From an uncultured Verrucomicrobiae bacterium (GTDB lineage Bacteria > Verrucomicrobiota > Verrucomicrobiia > Limisphaerales > UBA11358), in NCBI GenBank assembly GCA_963789335.1, contig CAWBKH010000013.1, forward strand, positions 3,174 through 67,173: a stretch of DNA of 64,000 nt, in the 5' to 3' direction. Positions within the stretch are counted from its first letter, which is position 1, and every line of letters begins with the position of its first letter. This document shows positions 54,801-64,000 of the stretch, piece after piece. The position numbers and the translations under genes were made by a program. Below the pieces are notes generated by a model. The model saw only the letters and a list, made by a program, of their open reading frames with translations. It was not told the origin of the DNA and did not search any database.

Positions 54801-55043
54801 TCAGCCGCCCGACACTGGCGGAATCAAAGCCACCTCGTCGGCGGCGGCAAAGGTTGCGTCGGGCGCGGCGTATTCGCAGTTTTTCGCGAGCCGGACGCTG
54901 GAGCGATAAGCGGCAAGCTTCGGAAATGTCTTCAGCAGTTCCGCCCAAAGCTGTTCCACGTTCAGCAGCGACGACGACGACGTGATCTCGGCTGAATCGC
55001 AGCCGGTGGCGTCTTTGAGCTGGGCGAAAAATAGCACGCGCAT
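54801..55043 (-). CDS. moaD: Molybdopterin synthase sulfur carrier
   Basis: MRVLFFAQLKD...DEVALIPPVSGG. Confidence 0.95.
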   Translation of the reverse strand: MRVLFFAQLKDATGCDSAEITSSSSLLNVEQLWAELLKTFPKLAAYRSSVRLAKNCEYAAPDATFAAADEVALIPPVSGG

Positions 55044-55099
55044 TTTCAAATGTATGACGATTGAAACATAGCGAATGGGACAGACAAATTCATTTCATT

Positions 55100-56170
55100 T
55101 CAGCGCGGCACAAGATGGATGACCGACGCCTTGATGAGCGCGGTGATGGTTTCGCCTTCGCGCAAGGCGAGTTCGGCACAGGCGGGGCGCGTGATGAGGG
55201 CGAACAGCGGAAAGCCGGCGTCCAATTCCACACGCACCAGCGCGCCTTCCGTGCGGAGGGACAAAATGCGGGCGGAAAGACGGTTGCGCACGCTGCTGGC
55301 CGGCGCCGCGTCACGCTGAAGCACCACGTCCTCGCCGCGGATGCAAACAAAAACTTCGCGCGCCTTGGCGTCGGGCGCGAGCGCGGTGAGGGTCACGCCA
55401 TTGACACTGACCGTGGCCAGTCCGTCGTTCACGCTGGTGATGCTGCCGGGCTGAAGCGTTTCAACGCCGACAAACCGTGCCACTTCGGCGTTGGCTGGAT
55501 GGGCGAAAATGTCGGGCACCGGACCGGTTTGCTGGACTTTCCCGTTGACCAACACGATCATTTCATTCGCCAGAGTGAGCGCCACGAACCGGTCGTGCGT
55601 CACGCAGAGCATGGGAATCTGAAACTCGTCGCGGATGCGGGCGAGGTAGGGGATGATTTTTGCTTTCAGCGGCGTATCGAGGCTGGCGAGCGGTTCGTCG
55701 AGCAACAACAGGCGCGGTGACGCGAGCAAAGCACGGGCCAGGGCGACACGTTGTTTTTCACCACCGGAAAGTCCGGTCACAGCGCGCGGAACGAGCGGCT
55801 GGATTTCCAGCACTTCGATCACATGTTCAAAGGTGAACAACGGATTGGCGGCGGCGCGGGTTTTGCGGCCGTAAAGCAGATTTTGGCGCACGGACAGATG
55901 GGGAAACAAGGCAAAGTCCTGAGGCACATAACCAATACCGCGGCGTCGCGTCGCGACGGAAAATCCCTTTGCGGTATCTTCCAGGACGTGTTCGTCCAAT
56001 TGGATGAAAGCCGAGCGCGCCGCGCGCAATCCGGCGATGAGATCCAGCAGCGACGTCTTACCCGCGCCGGACGGGCCGAAAACGGCGGTGACGCGCGGGT
56101 TCATTTCCACGTCCACTTCGAGCGTGAAATGGGCCAGCGGCAGGGAAATGTTTTTTAGCAGCAGGCTCAT
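55100..56170 (-). CDS. modC: Molybdate ABC transporter ATPase with TOBE domain
   Basis: GPSGAGKT, LSGGEKQRVA, LLDEP, VTHD, SVRNRL...ALIKA. Confidence 0.95.
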   Translation of the reverse strand: MSLLLKNISLPLAHFTLEVDVEMNPRVTAVFGPSGAGKTSLLDLIAGLRAARSAFIQLDEHVLEDTAKGFSVATRRRGIGYVPQDFALFPHLSVRQNLLYGRKTRAAANPLFTFEHVIEVLEIQPLVPRAVTGLSGGEKQRVALARALLASPRLLLLDEPLASLDTPLKAKIIPYLARIRDEFQIPMLCVTHDRFVALTLANEMIVLVNGKVQQTGPVPDIFAHPANAEVARFVGVETLQPGSITSVNDGLATVSVNGVTLTALAPDAKAREVFVCIRGEDVVLQRDAAPASSVRNRLSARILSLRTEGALVRVELDAGFPLFALITRPACAELALREGETITALIKASVIHLVPR

Positions 56171-56823
56171 GCGGTTTTTTTGCGGCGTAGAAAGAATTCG
56201 CTGCCCCAGACGGCAACGAAGGCAAGCACGACGGATGCGGCAAGCAAATGATAGGCTTGCGCGTTCTGGCCTATGGTCACGTTTTCAAAAATACCCAACG
56301 AAATCGTCCTCGTTTTGCCTTCAATGTTTCCGGCGACCATGATGGTCGCGCCGAATTCGCCGAGCGCGCGGGCAAACGCGAGCAACATTCCGCCCACGAT
56401 GCCGCGCGCAGCGAGCGGAACGGTGATGGTGAAAAACACGCGCCAACCGCCCGCGCCAAGCGTGCGGGCGATTTGTTCGAGGCGCGGATTGACCTCTTCA
56501 AACGCCGTGCGCGCGGAGCGGACGAGCAACGGCAGCGACATCACGCTCAACGCCAGCAGCACGGCACGCCAGGTGAAGACGATTCTGAAATCAAATAATC
56601 CGCCAAGGCCTTGCTTTCCCAACACCGTCAGCAGGATCAAACCCGTCGCCACCGGCGGCATGACGAGCGGCAGCGTGACAAAGGTTTCGACAATGGATTT
56701 GCCGGGCCAATTGCCACGCGCCAGCGCCCACGCAAGCGCGAGGCCGATGGGCAGAATCGTCAGCGTGCTCAACGCGGCCACCCAGATGGTGAACCAAACA
56801 ATCTGCCATTCGGCGGCGCTCAT
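56167..56823 (-). CDS. modB: Molybdate ABC transporter permease
   Basis: LPLVMPPVATG, EQIARTLGA, FARALGEFGATIMVAGNI. Confidence 0.95.
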   Translation of the reverse strand: MSAAEWQIVWFTIWVAALSTLTILPIGLALAWALARGNWPGKSIVETFVTLPLVMPPVATGLILLTVLGKQGLGGLFDFRIVFTWRAVLLALSVMSLPLLVRSARTAFEEVNPRLEQIARTLGAGGWRVFFTITVPLAARGIVGGMLLAFARALGEFGATIMVAGNIEGKTRTISLGIFENVTIGQNAQAYHLLAASVVLAFVAVWGSEFFLRRKKTA

Positions 56824-57593
56824 TCTCGCAACAGGAAGCCATACTGCGTGAAGACTTGTCCAGCTTCCTTGGAAGAAAGGTAATCGAGGAATTTTTTTGC
56901 GGCGTCTGGTTGCGGCGAATCTTTCACCAGCGCCATCGGATAGCTGATGTCCGGGCCATCGGCGGGCAGGACTTCGTAGGCGATTTTAACATTCTTGGAA
57001 ATGGCGGCGTCGGTTTTGTAAACAACGCCCGCGTCCACGTTGCCGGACGCGACGGCGGCGAGCGCGGCGCGGACATTTTCTATCGGAACAACTTTCGGTT
57101 CGACCGCCGGCCAAAGTTGAAGTTTTGTGAGCCACGCCTTGGCATAGACGCCGGCGGGAACGGCCTTGGGATCGGCGAGTGCGAGCAGCTTCACATCGGC
57201 ATTGGTGAGGTCGCTTCCGGATTTGATTTGCAGCGTGCTGTCGTTCGGGACGACAACCACAAGCGAGTTGCCAAGAATGCTTTTCCGCGTGGCCGGGTCA
57301 ATTAAGCCTTTCTTTACCAGCCTGTTCATTTGCGCCTCATCGGCGGAGAAGAAAATGTCGGCGGGCGCGCCGGCCTCAATTTGCTGGGCGAGCAGGCTGG
57401 ACGCGCCGAAGTTGAAGATGATTTTGTCGCCGGATTGCTTTTCGTAATTCGCGGCAATTTGTTTTAAAACATCCGTCAAACTCGCGGCGGCTGACACCAT
57501 GATTTCCGCTGCCGAGGCGGAATGCCGCGGCAGCAGGTAGAAACCCGCTGCCATGATCATTAAAAAAAGGCGCTTCGAATTCTGCTTGGTCAT
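56820..57593 (-). CDS. modA: Molybdate ABC transporter substrate-binding protein
   Basis: SAAASL, FGASS.LAQQI..GAPADIFFSA, DPKAVPAGVYA, ENVRAAL, VYKTDA. Confidence 0.95.
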   Translation of the reverse strand: MTKQNSKRLFLMIMAAGFYLLPRHSASAAEIMVSAAASLTDVLKQIAANYEKQSGDKIIFNFGASSLLAQQIEAGAPADIFFSADEAQMNRLVKKGLIDPATRKSILGNSLVVVVPNDSTLQIKSGSDLTNADVKLLALADPKAVPAGVYAKAWLTKLQLWPAVEPKVVPIENVRAALAAVASGNVDAGVVYKTDAAISKNVKIAYEVLPADGPDISYPMALVKDSPQPDAAKKFLDYLSSKEAGQVFTQYGFLLRE

Positions 57594-57604
57594 AAATCCT
57601 CCCG

Positions 57605-58585
57605 TCAGAATGGCACCCGCAGCGATAAAATAAAGTTCTGGCGATAAAGCGGGTGGTCGGTTACTGCGATTTGATAACCCGCGCCAATGGTCAGTCCCAG
57701 CCGGTCGGCGATCGAGATTTTCCCAATAACCAATCCAGGAGTAATGAACGCCTGGTCCAGCCCGTCATGTTTGCCATTCGGCCAGTGAGTGTAATTGACC
57801 TCCACTTCCGGCCAAAGATTCTTCATCACACAATATTGGAACGCCGTGTTTAGCACGAGGGGCGTTCCCGCGCCGTCCGGCGCACTGCCGTCGTCGGGCA
57901 CGGACACGCCAAAAGTTCCCTGGCAGTCGAAATTGCCCCAGCCTTTTCCAAAGGCGATGGTGGGGGTGACGACATAGTGATGCGTTGTGAAGTCCGCACT
58001 ACCCGTGGGCACGGCAAGTCCTAGGAAAGCGGTCAGGATGTAGTTGCCCTCTTCCTCGTTGGCGGACAGCAGGCGGTATTTGAGCAGAAAGCTTTCATCG
58101 GTCCAACCTTGCTTACTTGGCGAAGTGTCCTCGGATTGCCAGGCCGGAATGCCGAGAATAAGCTCAATGCGATCGGCCGGGATGAGTTCCAATCCTTTGC
58201 CGCCGCCAAAACTCTTCAAAGTATCGCCACCGGGCAGATGTTCCCATGACTGGTCGTAACGAAGCTCCTGTTCCAAGCGAGGTGTGACGGTTGCCACGGG
58301 TGTTATCCAATCCGGCTGTTCCGCCTGGGTCTTTGACACGCGCGCAAACCAGTTGCTGAAATAGTTTTCCAATGCCGAAGCGGAAGGCGGACTATCGTCG
58401 CTGCTGCCACCAAAGCCATCCGCACGGCACGGCAAAGCCGCCAGCATTGCCAGCAGAATCGCGCCGGCGGTGATCCTGAAAGAGAATGGAAAAGATTGTT
58501 GCAAGAGAGCAGCCATACGCGTCACCCTGCAAACAACGGAAACCTTTGATTCAAAACCGGGAAACGAACCTCTAATCAATTTCAT
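57605..58585 (-). CDS. Outer-membrane beta-barrel 'transporter' heading the modABC operon
   Basis: Signal-like segment, amphipathic strands, C-terminal LSLRVPF; 11 bp from the modA start. Start uncertain. Confidence 0.7.
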   Translation of the reverse strand: MKLIRGSFPGFESKVSVVCRVTRMAALLQQSFPFSFRITAGAILLAMLAALPCRADGFGGSSDDSPPSASALENYFSNWFARVSKTQAEQPDWITPVATVTPRLEQELRYDQSWEHLPGGDTLKSFGGGKGLELIPADRIELILGIPAWQSEDTSPSKQGWTDESFLLKYRLLSANEEEGNYILTAFLGLAVPTGSADFTTHHYVVTPTIAFGKGWGNFDCQGTFGVSVPDDGSAPDGAGTPLVLNTAFQYCVMKNLWPEVEVNYTHWPNGKHDGLDQAFITPGLVIGKISIADRLGLTIGAGYQIAVTDHPLYRQNFILSLRVPF

Positions 58586-58603
58586 TGCCCAAGCTTAATG
58601 ATT

Positions 58604-58627
58604 CGTTATATGTTGTAAAATATAACG
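58604..58627. promoter_or_regulatory. ModE operator
   Basis: Perfect inverted repeat CGTTATAT-N8-ATATAACG matching the ModE consensus, directly upstream of the barrel-modABC operon. Confidence 0.85.
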
Positions 58628-58681
58628 GTTGCGGGCGGTGGTCTTTTTCACCTTTGCATGAAATCGTTCCAGCATTGCGCT

Positions 58682-59053
58682 TCAATCACGCAAAAGTTTT
58701 CGCAAGGCGCGCCAGTCAGTCTGGGCGGCCTTCAGCGCCGCCTTTTCCATTCGCTGATACAGAATCAGCACACTTCGCCCGGCGGCCGTCAATTCCGCGC
58801 CGTCGCGGTCCTGGCCGCCCCGCGCTGTCTGGATGACCTGTTTTTTGAAGCAGGTGTTCATGGTCTGGATGAGCAACCAGGCGCGCATATAGGACATGCC
58901 CATGCGTTTGGCCGACTGGCCGATCGAGCCGGTTTTCGCCACCCACGACAGCAATTCCGCCTTGCCCGGACCAAAGGCAATTTCTTTTCCGCTGGTGATG
59001 CGAAGACGCGGCCGCAAAACCGGTTGGACAGCCGGGCTGCTTTTCTTTTTCAT
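58682..59053 (-). CDS. modE: ModE-type winged-helix regulator (short form, no TOBE domains)
   Basis: FGPGKAELL...TGSI..SAKRMGMSYMRAW..I..MN...GG...GAELT. Confidence 0.9.
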   Translation of the reverse strand: MKKKSSPAVQPVLRPRLRITSGKEIAFGPGKAELLSWVAKTGSIGQSAKRMGMSYMRAWLLIQTMNTCFKKQVIQTARGGQDRDGAELTAAGRSVLILYQRMEKAALKAAQTDWRALRKLLRD

Positions 59054-59195
59054 AAAACGCCACCAGCGTAGGCGGACGGATACGAAATGACAAAGCAATC
59101 CGCACCGCTGACATGCCGCCAAATGCGCGGGCGAAGATTTTTTAGAAATAAGTTGCCGCCGTGCAAGCCGTTGCGGTATTGATTTTTTATTCTAA

Positions 59196-59963
59196 ATGCA
59201 ACTCGGCCGGATCGCCATATTTCCCATCAAGTCCCTCGACGGCATTTCAATTGAAACGGCCCGCATCACCAGCGGCGGCATCCTGGAAAATGACCGCGTC
59301 TTCGCGATTTATGATGAGGCGGGAAAAGTGGTGAATGGCAAACGCACGCCCCGAATTCACGAGTTGCGCTGCGAGTTCGACGCCCAAATTGCCGAAGTGC
59401 GGTTGTGGCACGGCAACGCAACGCCAGTGCAATTTCAACTGGACGATCCCCGGCCCGCCGGCAAATGGTTGGGCGATTTCTTTGGTTTCCCGATTGCCTT
59501 GCGGCACGAACCGGAGAAGGGCTTTCCCGACGACCGCACTGCCTTCGGACCGACCATCGTCAGCGAGGCCAGCCTGCTCGCGGTGCAGAGCTGGTTTCCC
59601 GAAGTTGCGCTTGAAAGCGTGCGCCGCCGGTTCCGCACGAATCTGGAGCTGACCGGCGGTGAGCCGTTCTGCGAAGACCGGCTGTTTGGCGCACCCGACG
59701 AACTCAAACCGTTTCAAATCGGCGCAGTGAAGTTTTTTGGCCGCAATCCCTGCCAACGGTGCGTCGTGCCGACGCGTGATCCCAACAATGGCCGGCCCGT
59801 AGCCGATTTTCAAAAAAAGTTCATGCAATTACGCCAGGAACAGCTTCCCGGCTGGGCGAACGCGCAGCGGTTCAATCATTTTTACCGGTTTGCCGTAAAC
59901 ACTTCCATTCCGCCGGCGGAAACCGGAAAATATTTGCGCGTCGGTGACGCGCTTCAATTTTGA
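59196..59963 (+). CDS. MOSC-domain protein (YcbX/mARC-like)
   Basis: IFPIKSLDG, NDRVFAI, RRFRTNL, PCQRCVVPT. Confidence 0.9.
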   Translation: MQLGRIAIFPIKSLDGISIETARITSGGILENDRVFAIYDEAGKVVNGKRTPRIHELRCEFDAQIAEVRLWHGNATPVQFQLDDPRPAGKWLGDFFGFPIALRHEPEKGFPDDRTAFGPTIVSEASLLAVQSWFPEVALESVRRRFRTNLELTGGEPFCEDRLFGAPDELKPFQIGAVKFFGRNPCQRCVVPTRDPNNGRPVADFQKKFMQLRQEQLPGWANAQRFNHFYRFAVNTSIPPAETGKYLRVGDALQF

Positions 59964-60101
59964 TTTTTGGTTTTATTTTTGACCGCGTTGGGCAATTTGC
60001 GACAGCCATTTTCGCGGCAGGGTTTTCCATTGATTAACTTTTCCTAAGAAATCCGGCGTCGTGATGATTGGCATTAGCGATGCTTGCGGGAGGTTGTCGG
60101 T

Positions 60102-60851
60102 ATGGCAACATCGTTACCTGAAAGGCATCAAGTGGAGGACGGCGCGATACAATCCCAGTTATCGTCCTTTGGGGCGCGGCTCCGCGAGCTGCGTTTGCGG
60201 CGCGGGTGGACGTTGCAGGAACTGGCCGCACGAAGCGCGCTGTCCAAGGCATTTTTGTCCCGGCTCGAATCAGGCGACCGGCAGGCTTCCATTGCGGCGG
60301 TATTGACGCTCTCGCGGATTTTTGATGTTTCGCTGGCATCACTTTTTGAATCACCGCTGGCCACCGAACCGTGCGTCATTGTGCGCGCGACGGACGCCGC
60401 GGAAAAGACCATCAATGGGTTGAAGTACGTTCCGTTGTCCAACGCGGGCCGGTTCTTCAATCTGCAGCCATTGCGCATCAGAGTATCTCCCTCGCGCCGC
60501 GGCAACGAGCATTATCATCACGAGGGCGAGGAATGGATTTATGTCTTATCCGGCCGGCTCACGCTGTCGCTGGCGGGAAAGACCTACGATTTATCACCCG
60601 GCGATGCCGCGCATTTTGAGTCGCGTCTGCCGCACCGGCTGATCGCGCCGGGACCAGAAGACGCGCAGGTTTTGCTCGTGGCGTCGCCGGTTTCCAGTCC
60701 CTCGGTGAATCAACTCAATTTCAACCAGCACCGGGCCATTCCGGGCATCAGCCTGTTGCCGCTGCCGATGGGCAGTCCGACCTCGATATTGAGGCGTCGC
60801 CGCGCCCGTGGAAATTTGAAGTCCATCAATCTGAAAAAGGAAAAACGTTAA
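60102..60851 (+). CDS. XRE-family regulator with cupin domain (PuuR-like)
   Basis: GARLRELRLRRGWTLQELAAR..LSKAFLSRLESG; HEGEEWIYVLSG...GDAAHF...PH; RBS GGGAGG. Confidence 0.9.
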   Translation: MATSLPERHQVEDGAIQSQLSSFGARLRELRLRRGWTLQELAARSALSKAFLSRLESGDRQASIAAVLTLSRIFDVSLASLFESPLATEPCVIVRATDAAEKTINGLKYVPLSNAGRFFNLQPLRIRVSPSRRGNEHYHHEGEEWIYVLSGRLTLSLAGKTYDLSPGDAAHFESRLPHRLIAPGPEDAQVLLVASPVSSPSVNQLNFNQHRAIPGISLLPLPMGSPTSILRRRRARGNLKSINLKKEKR

Positions 60852-60866
60852 CCAAGGAGAAAGATT

Positions 60867-62258
60867 ATGAACAAACTGCGTTCCAATTGCCTGAACTTCA
60901 TGGAATTACTGGCGCAAAACATTGCGTTGATTTCACCGACCATGACAGCGGCACTGATTGTGCCGTTGATGTTTTCCACCACCGGCAACATCAGTTGGCT
61001 GGCCTACGCCGTGGGCACGGTGATGCTGTTGTTTGTCGCGTTCAGTTTGAACCAGTTTGCCAAACGCACGACCATGGCAGGTTCCATGTATAATTATGCC
61101 TCGGCCGGTTTGGGCTTTGGCGGTGGCGCGCTTTGCGGCTGGTGTCTGGTGTGGGCGTATCTCTTCATTGGTTTGGCCGGGACGACGGGTTTTACAATTT
61201 TCGCCAGCACGCTGCTGATGGCGGTTCACATCAATTTGCCGCCGATGGTTCTGTTCGCCGTGTGTTTGGGAACCAGCTTCTTTCTGGGCTACAAGGACAT
61301 CAGAATTTCAACGCTGGTCATGCTGGGATTGGAAGGGTTCTCCTGTTTCTTCATCCTATTGTTGGTAGCCATCGTGCTTGGGCACCACCATTTCGCCCTC
61401 GACACGACGCAATTCAGCTTCAACGGCGCGTCGCTTTTGAGCTTGGGCATGGGCGCGGTAGTGGCCATTTTCAGCCTGGTAGGTTTTGAAAGTTCAACGG
61501 CCTTTGGCGAAGAAGCGGTCAATCCGCTCAAGACCATCCCGCGCTCGGTTATATGGAGCCTAGTGCTGACAGGCACCTTCTTCATTTTGGTCAGTTACAC
61601 GGAAGTGCTCGGCACGCGGGGATACACGACCACGCTGGACAAAATTGACGCGCCGTTGAACGTTCTGGCCACCATGTATCATGTGCCTTACCTGTGGCCG
61701 CTGCTCTCGGCGGGCGCGATGTTCAGCTTTTTCGCGCTGGCCTCGTCGTGCATGAACGCCGGCGCCCGCGTAATGTTTGCGATGGGGCGGCACGACTTTT
61801 TCCACAAATCCACCAGCGCCGCGCACAAAAGCCATGGCACTCCGCATGTCGCATTGGCCACCATGGCGATCGTGATGTTCAGCGTCGTGACATTTTGCAA
61901 GTACGCCTTCAAAATGGAAGTGCTCGACGAATTTAATGATGCAGGCACGATGGGCGCGTTTGGTTTTCTCGGCTCTTACATTCTCATCACCTTGGCCGCG
62001 CCCGCTTTTCTGAAGAAGCGGAATGAACTTCAACCCAAGGACATTGTCCTTTGCGTGGCGGCCATGCTGTTGTTGTTAATTCCGGCGGCGGGCATGTTTT
62101 ATCCCTTGCCCGACCCGCCCGTAAGATACTTCCCATATATCTTCGCTGCTTATCTGTGGTTCGGCCTCCTGCGCATCATGGCCATGCGACATCAGAAGCC
62201 GCAGCGGGTCGAGGAAATCAGCCTCGAAATCCAAAAGCTGCACGCGGAGGCCGCATGA
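60867..62258 (+). CDS. APC-family amino-acid/amine permease
   Basis: About 12 TM segments; ISPT, AGSMYNY, FSLVGFES...GEEAVNP.KTIPRS, RVMFAMGR. Confidence 0.9.
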   Translation: MNKLRSNCLNFMELLAQNIALISPTMTAALIVPLMFSTTGNISWLAYAVGTVMLLFVAFSLNQFAKRTTMAGSMYNYASAGLGFGGGALCGWCLVWAYLFIGLAGTTGFTIFASTLLMAVHINLPPMVLFAVCLGTSFFLGYKDIRISTLVMLGLEGFSCFFILLLVAIVLGHHHFALDTTQFSFNGASLLSLGMGAVVAIFSLVGFESSTAFGEEAVNPLKTIPRSVIWSLVLTGTFFILVSYTEVLGTRGYTTTLDKIDAPLNVLATMYHVPYLWPLLSAGAMFSFFALASSCMNAGARVMFAMGRHDFFHKSTSAAHKSHGTPHVALATMAIVMFSVVTFCKYAFKMEVLDEFNDAGTMGAFGFLGSYILITLAAPAFLKKRNELQPKDIVLCVAAMLLLLIPAAGMFYPLPDPPVRYFPYIFAAYLWFGLLRIMAMRHQKPQRVEEISLEIQKLHAEAA

Positions 62259-63079
62259 CGAAGCAAGTCGGTGTGGTTGCCGCTATTCACCGTTACCCGG
62301 TCAAATCCATGATGGGCGAGGAATTGAACGCCGCGCAGGTCGGAACCCAAGGTGTGCGCGGAGATCGTGCCTTCTCTCTGGCCGACCCCGTTACCGGCAA
62401 AATTGCCAGCGCGAAAAATCCGTCCAAGTGGCCGGCACTGTTTTCCTACCGTGCCACGTTTATCCGGCCGCCCGAGGCCAACGGCGCGTTGCCATCGGCG
62501 CAAATCACGTTCCCTGACGGAGATGGCGTTTCCACGGAAGATAAAAACATCGAGGCCAAATTGTCGGCCAGTTTGGGCAAACCCGTCCGGTTCTTGACTG
62601 GCGCGATGGGGACCGGCACGCTTGAAGAATACTGGCCGGACATTGACGGCTTGGCGCGCCGCGACGTCGTCACCGATGAAGTGATGCCCGCCGAAACCTT
62701 TTTCGACTGCGGCGCCATTCATTTTCTCACCACAGCCACGCTCGACAGCCTGCGCGGTTTTTATCCCGAAGGCCGGTTTGAATCGCGCCGCTTTCGCCCG
62801 AACCTCGTCATCGAAACCACGCCCGGCGTCAAAGGCTTCCCCGAAAATGAAGAATGGAACGAAAAAGTCCTGGCCCTCGGCGACGAGGTGAAATTGAAAA
62901 TCACCGGGCCGTGTGGTCGTTGCGTGATGACGACTTTGGCGCAAGGCGATTTGCCGAAAGACACCGGCATTTTGAAAACTGCGGCGCGGCACAATCAGGC
63001 ACGCGTTGGCGCTTATGCGTCGGTGCTACAAGGTGGCACAGTCCGTCGAGGTGATTTGGCTCGGATCGAAGCGTCCTGA
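62255..63079 (+). CDS. Second MOSC-domain protein
   Basis: HRYPVKSMMGE, GDRAF, RRFRPNLV, PCGRCVMTT; ATGA overlap with the permease. Confidence 0.9.
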   Translation: MTKQVGVVAAIHRYPVKSMMGEELNAAQVGTQGVRGDRAFSLADPVTGKIASAKNPSKWPALFSYRATFIRPPEANGALPSAQITFPDGDGVSTEDKNIEAKLSASLGKPVRFLTGAMGTGTLEEYWPDIDGLARRDVVTDEVMPAETFFDCGAIHFLTTATLDSLRGFYPEGRFESRRFRPNLVIETTPGVKGFPENEEWNEKVLALGDEVKLKITGPCGRCVMTTLAQGDLPKDTGILKTAARHNQARVGAYASVLQGGTVRRGDLARIEAS

Positions 63080-63132
63080 ATGTCGGCACAAGGATTTGGC
63101 TGAATATGTTATTGTGACCGCTCCGTCGGAAA

Positions 63133-64000
63133 TCACCGCTTCAGCTTTCGCTCCAAAATTTCACCGGCAAGTGCCGGGTTGGCCTTGCCCTTGCTTAGTT
63201 TCATCACTTGGCCTTTGAGAAAATTAAGCGCGGCGGCCTTGCCGGATTTAAAATCATTGACCGGACCGGGGTTGGCCGCAATCGCCTCGTCGCAGAATTT
63301 TTCGATTGCACTGTTGTCGCTTACTTGAGCTAGGCATTTCTCTTGAACGATTGCTGCCGGAGACTTGCCCGTCCCGAACATCTCGGCGAACACCCGCTGC
63401 GCGGCGGAACTGCTGATGGTTTTGGCCTCGACCAGCGCCACGAGTTCCAGCAAGGCTTCGGGCTTGAATCTCAAGGTGTTGAAAGTTAAGGCGGGCGTTG
63501 CCGAACCTTGAGTTTGAGCTACAAGCGAATAACTTCTATCAACACTCAGCGCAGCACACAAATTGTTGATGACCCAGTTTGCGATTGATTTACCAACTTT
63601 TTTCTTCTCCTTTGCTGAGTTCAGGACTTTTTCAAAATAATTCCCCAGTTCAATGTTACTCTTGAACACTTCGGCGTCACCGGCGGGCAATTGGTAGTCG
63701 CGCATGAACCGCTGCTTGCGCGCCAGCGGCAGTTCTACTTTGCGCGACTCTACTTCGGCCAGCCATGCTTTCGTCGGCACGAACGGCATCAAATCAGGAT
63801 CAGGAAAATAACGATAATCGTGGGCGTATTCCTTCGTTCGCATTTCCTCGGTCACGCCCGCGACATCGTCCCAGCGGCGTGTGGATTGAATCAGTTTGCC
63901 GCCCTTCTTCAGCACCTCAATTTGACGCGGGATTTCGTACTCCAACGCACGGCGCACGCCGGAAAAGCTGTTCATGTTCTTGATTTCAATCTTCGCGCCC
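63133..64000 (-). CDS. gatB: Asp-tRNA(Asn)/Glu-tRNA(Gln) amidotransferase subunit B (partial, 5' end outside the window)
   Basis: EIKNMNSF, MRTKEYAHDYRYFPDPDL, FLKGQVMKLSKGKANP. Confidence 0.95.
   Translation of the reverse strand, partial: GAKIEIKNMNSFSGVRRALEYEIPRQIEVLKKGGKLIQSTRRWDDVAGVTEEMRTKEYAHDYRYFPDPDLMPFVPTKAWLAEVESRKVELPLARKQRFMRDYQLPAGDAEVFKSNIELGNYFEKVLNSAKEKKKVGKSIANWVINNLCAALSVDRSYSLVAQTQGSATPALTFNTLRFKPEALLELVALVEAKTISSSAAQRVFAEMFGTGKSPAAIVQEKCLAQVSDNSAIEKFCDEAIAANPGPVNDFKSGKAAALNFLKGQVMKLSKGKANPALAGEILERKLKR

Noticed and set aside
63480-63570. Extra residues in the GatB Yqey domain
   Set aside because: A short loop insertion in an essential gene, most likely lineage variation with no sign of mobility.

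Overview
64-kb window, probably from a Verrucomicrobia (Pedosphaera/Limisphaerales-like) genome, judged from protein styles, PEP-CTERM and C-terminal 'RFYRV' domains and REP types; taxonomy is inferred, not verified. It has three blocks. (1) ~2-12 kb is a mobile/defence region: an MmeI-like type IIL restriction-modification gene, an HNH nuclease, Phd-like and AbrB-like genes, two excisionase-like HTH genes, and a tyrosine integrase between tRNA-Thr(TGT) and tRNA-Thr(CGT). (2) 12,038-44,778 is a 32.7-kb island bounded by a perfect 23-bp direct repeat of the tRNA-Thr(CGT) 3' end. It has no integrase of its own and carries a broken MobF relaxase. Its cargo is a cell-surface module (putative porin, RCC1-repeat protein, PEP-CTERM protein, PstS-like protein, TpsA/TpsB pair, two AraC regulators, ExbB-ExbD-TonB-ExbD), four genes of which are preceded by the same 11-bp-period Pho-box-like repeat. 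The module is split by an ~8-kb insert holding a Ser/Thr kinase, a predicted TIM-barrel protein and a wHTH/PD-(D/E)XK nuclease (candidate defence system). (3) 44.9-64 kb is probably backbone: a PaoABC-like molybdo-oxidoreductase with XdhC/MocA, Moco biosynthesis (moaA, mog, moaC, moaE-moeA fusion, moaD), modABC with an outer-membrane barrel under a perfect ModE box, modE, two MOSC proteins, an XRE-cupin regulator, an APC permease and partial gatB. All family assignments come from motifs read by eye; no searches were run.
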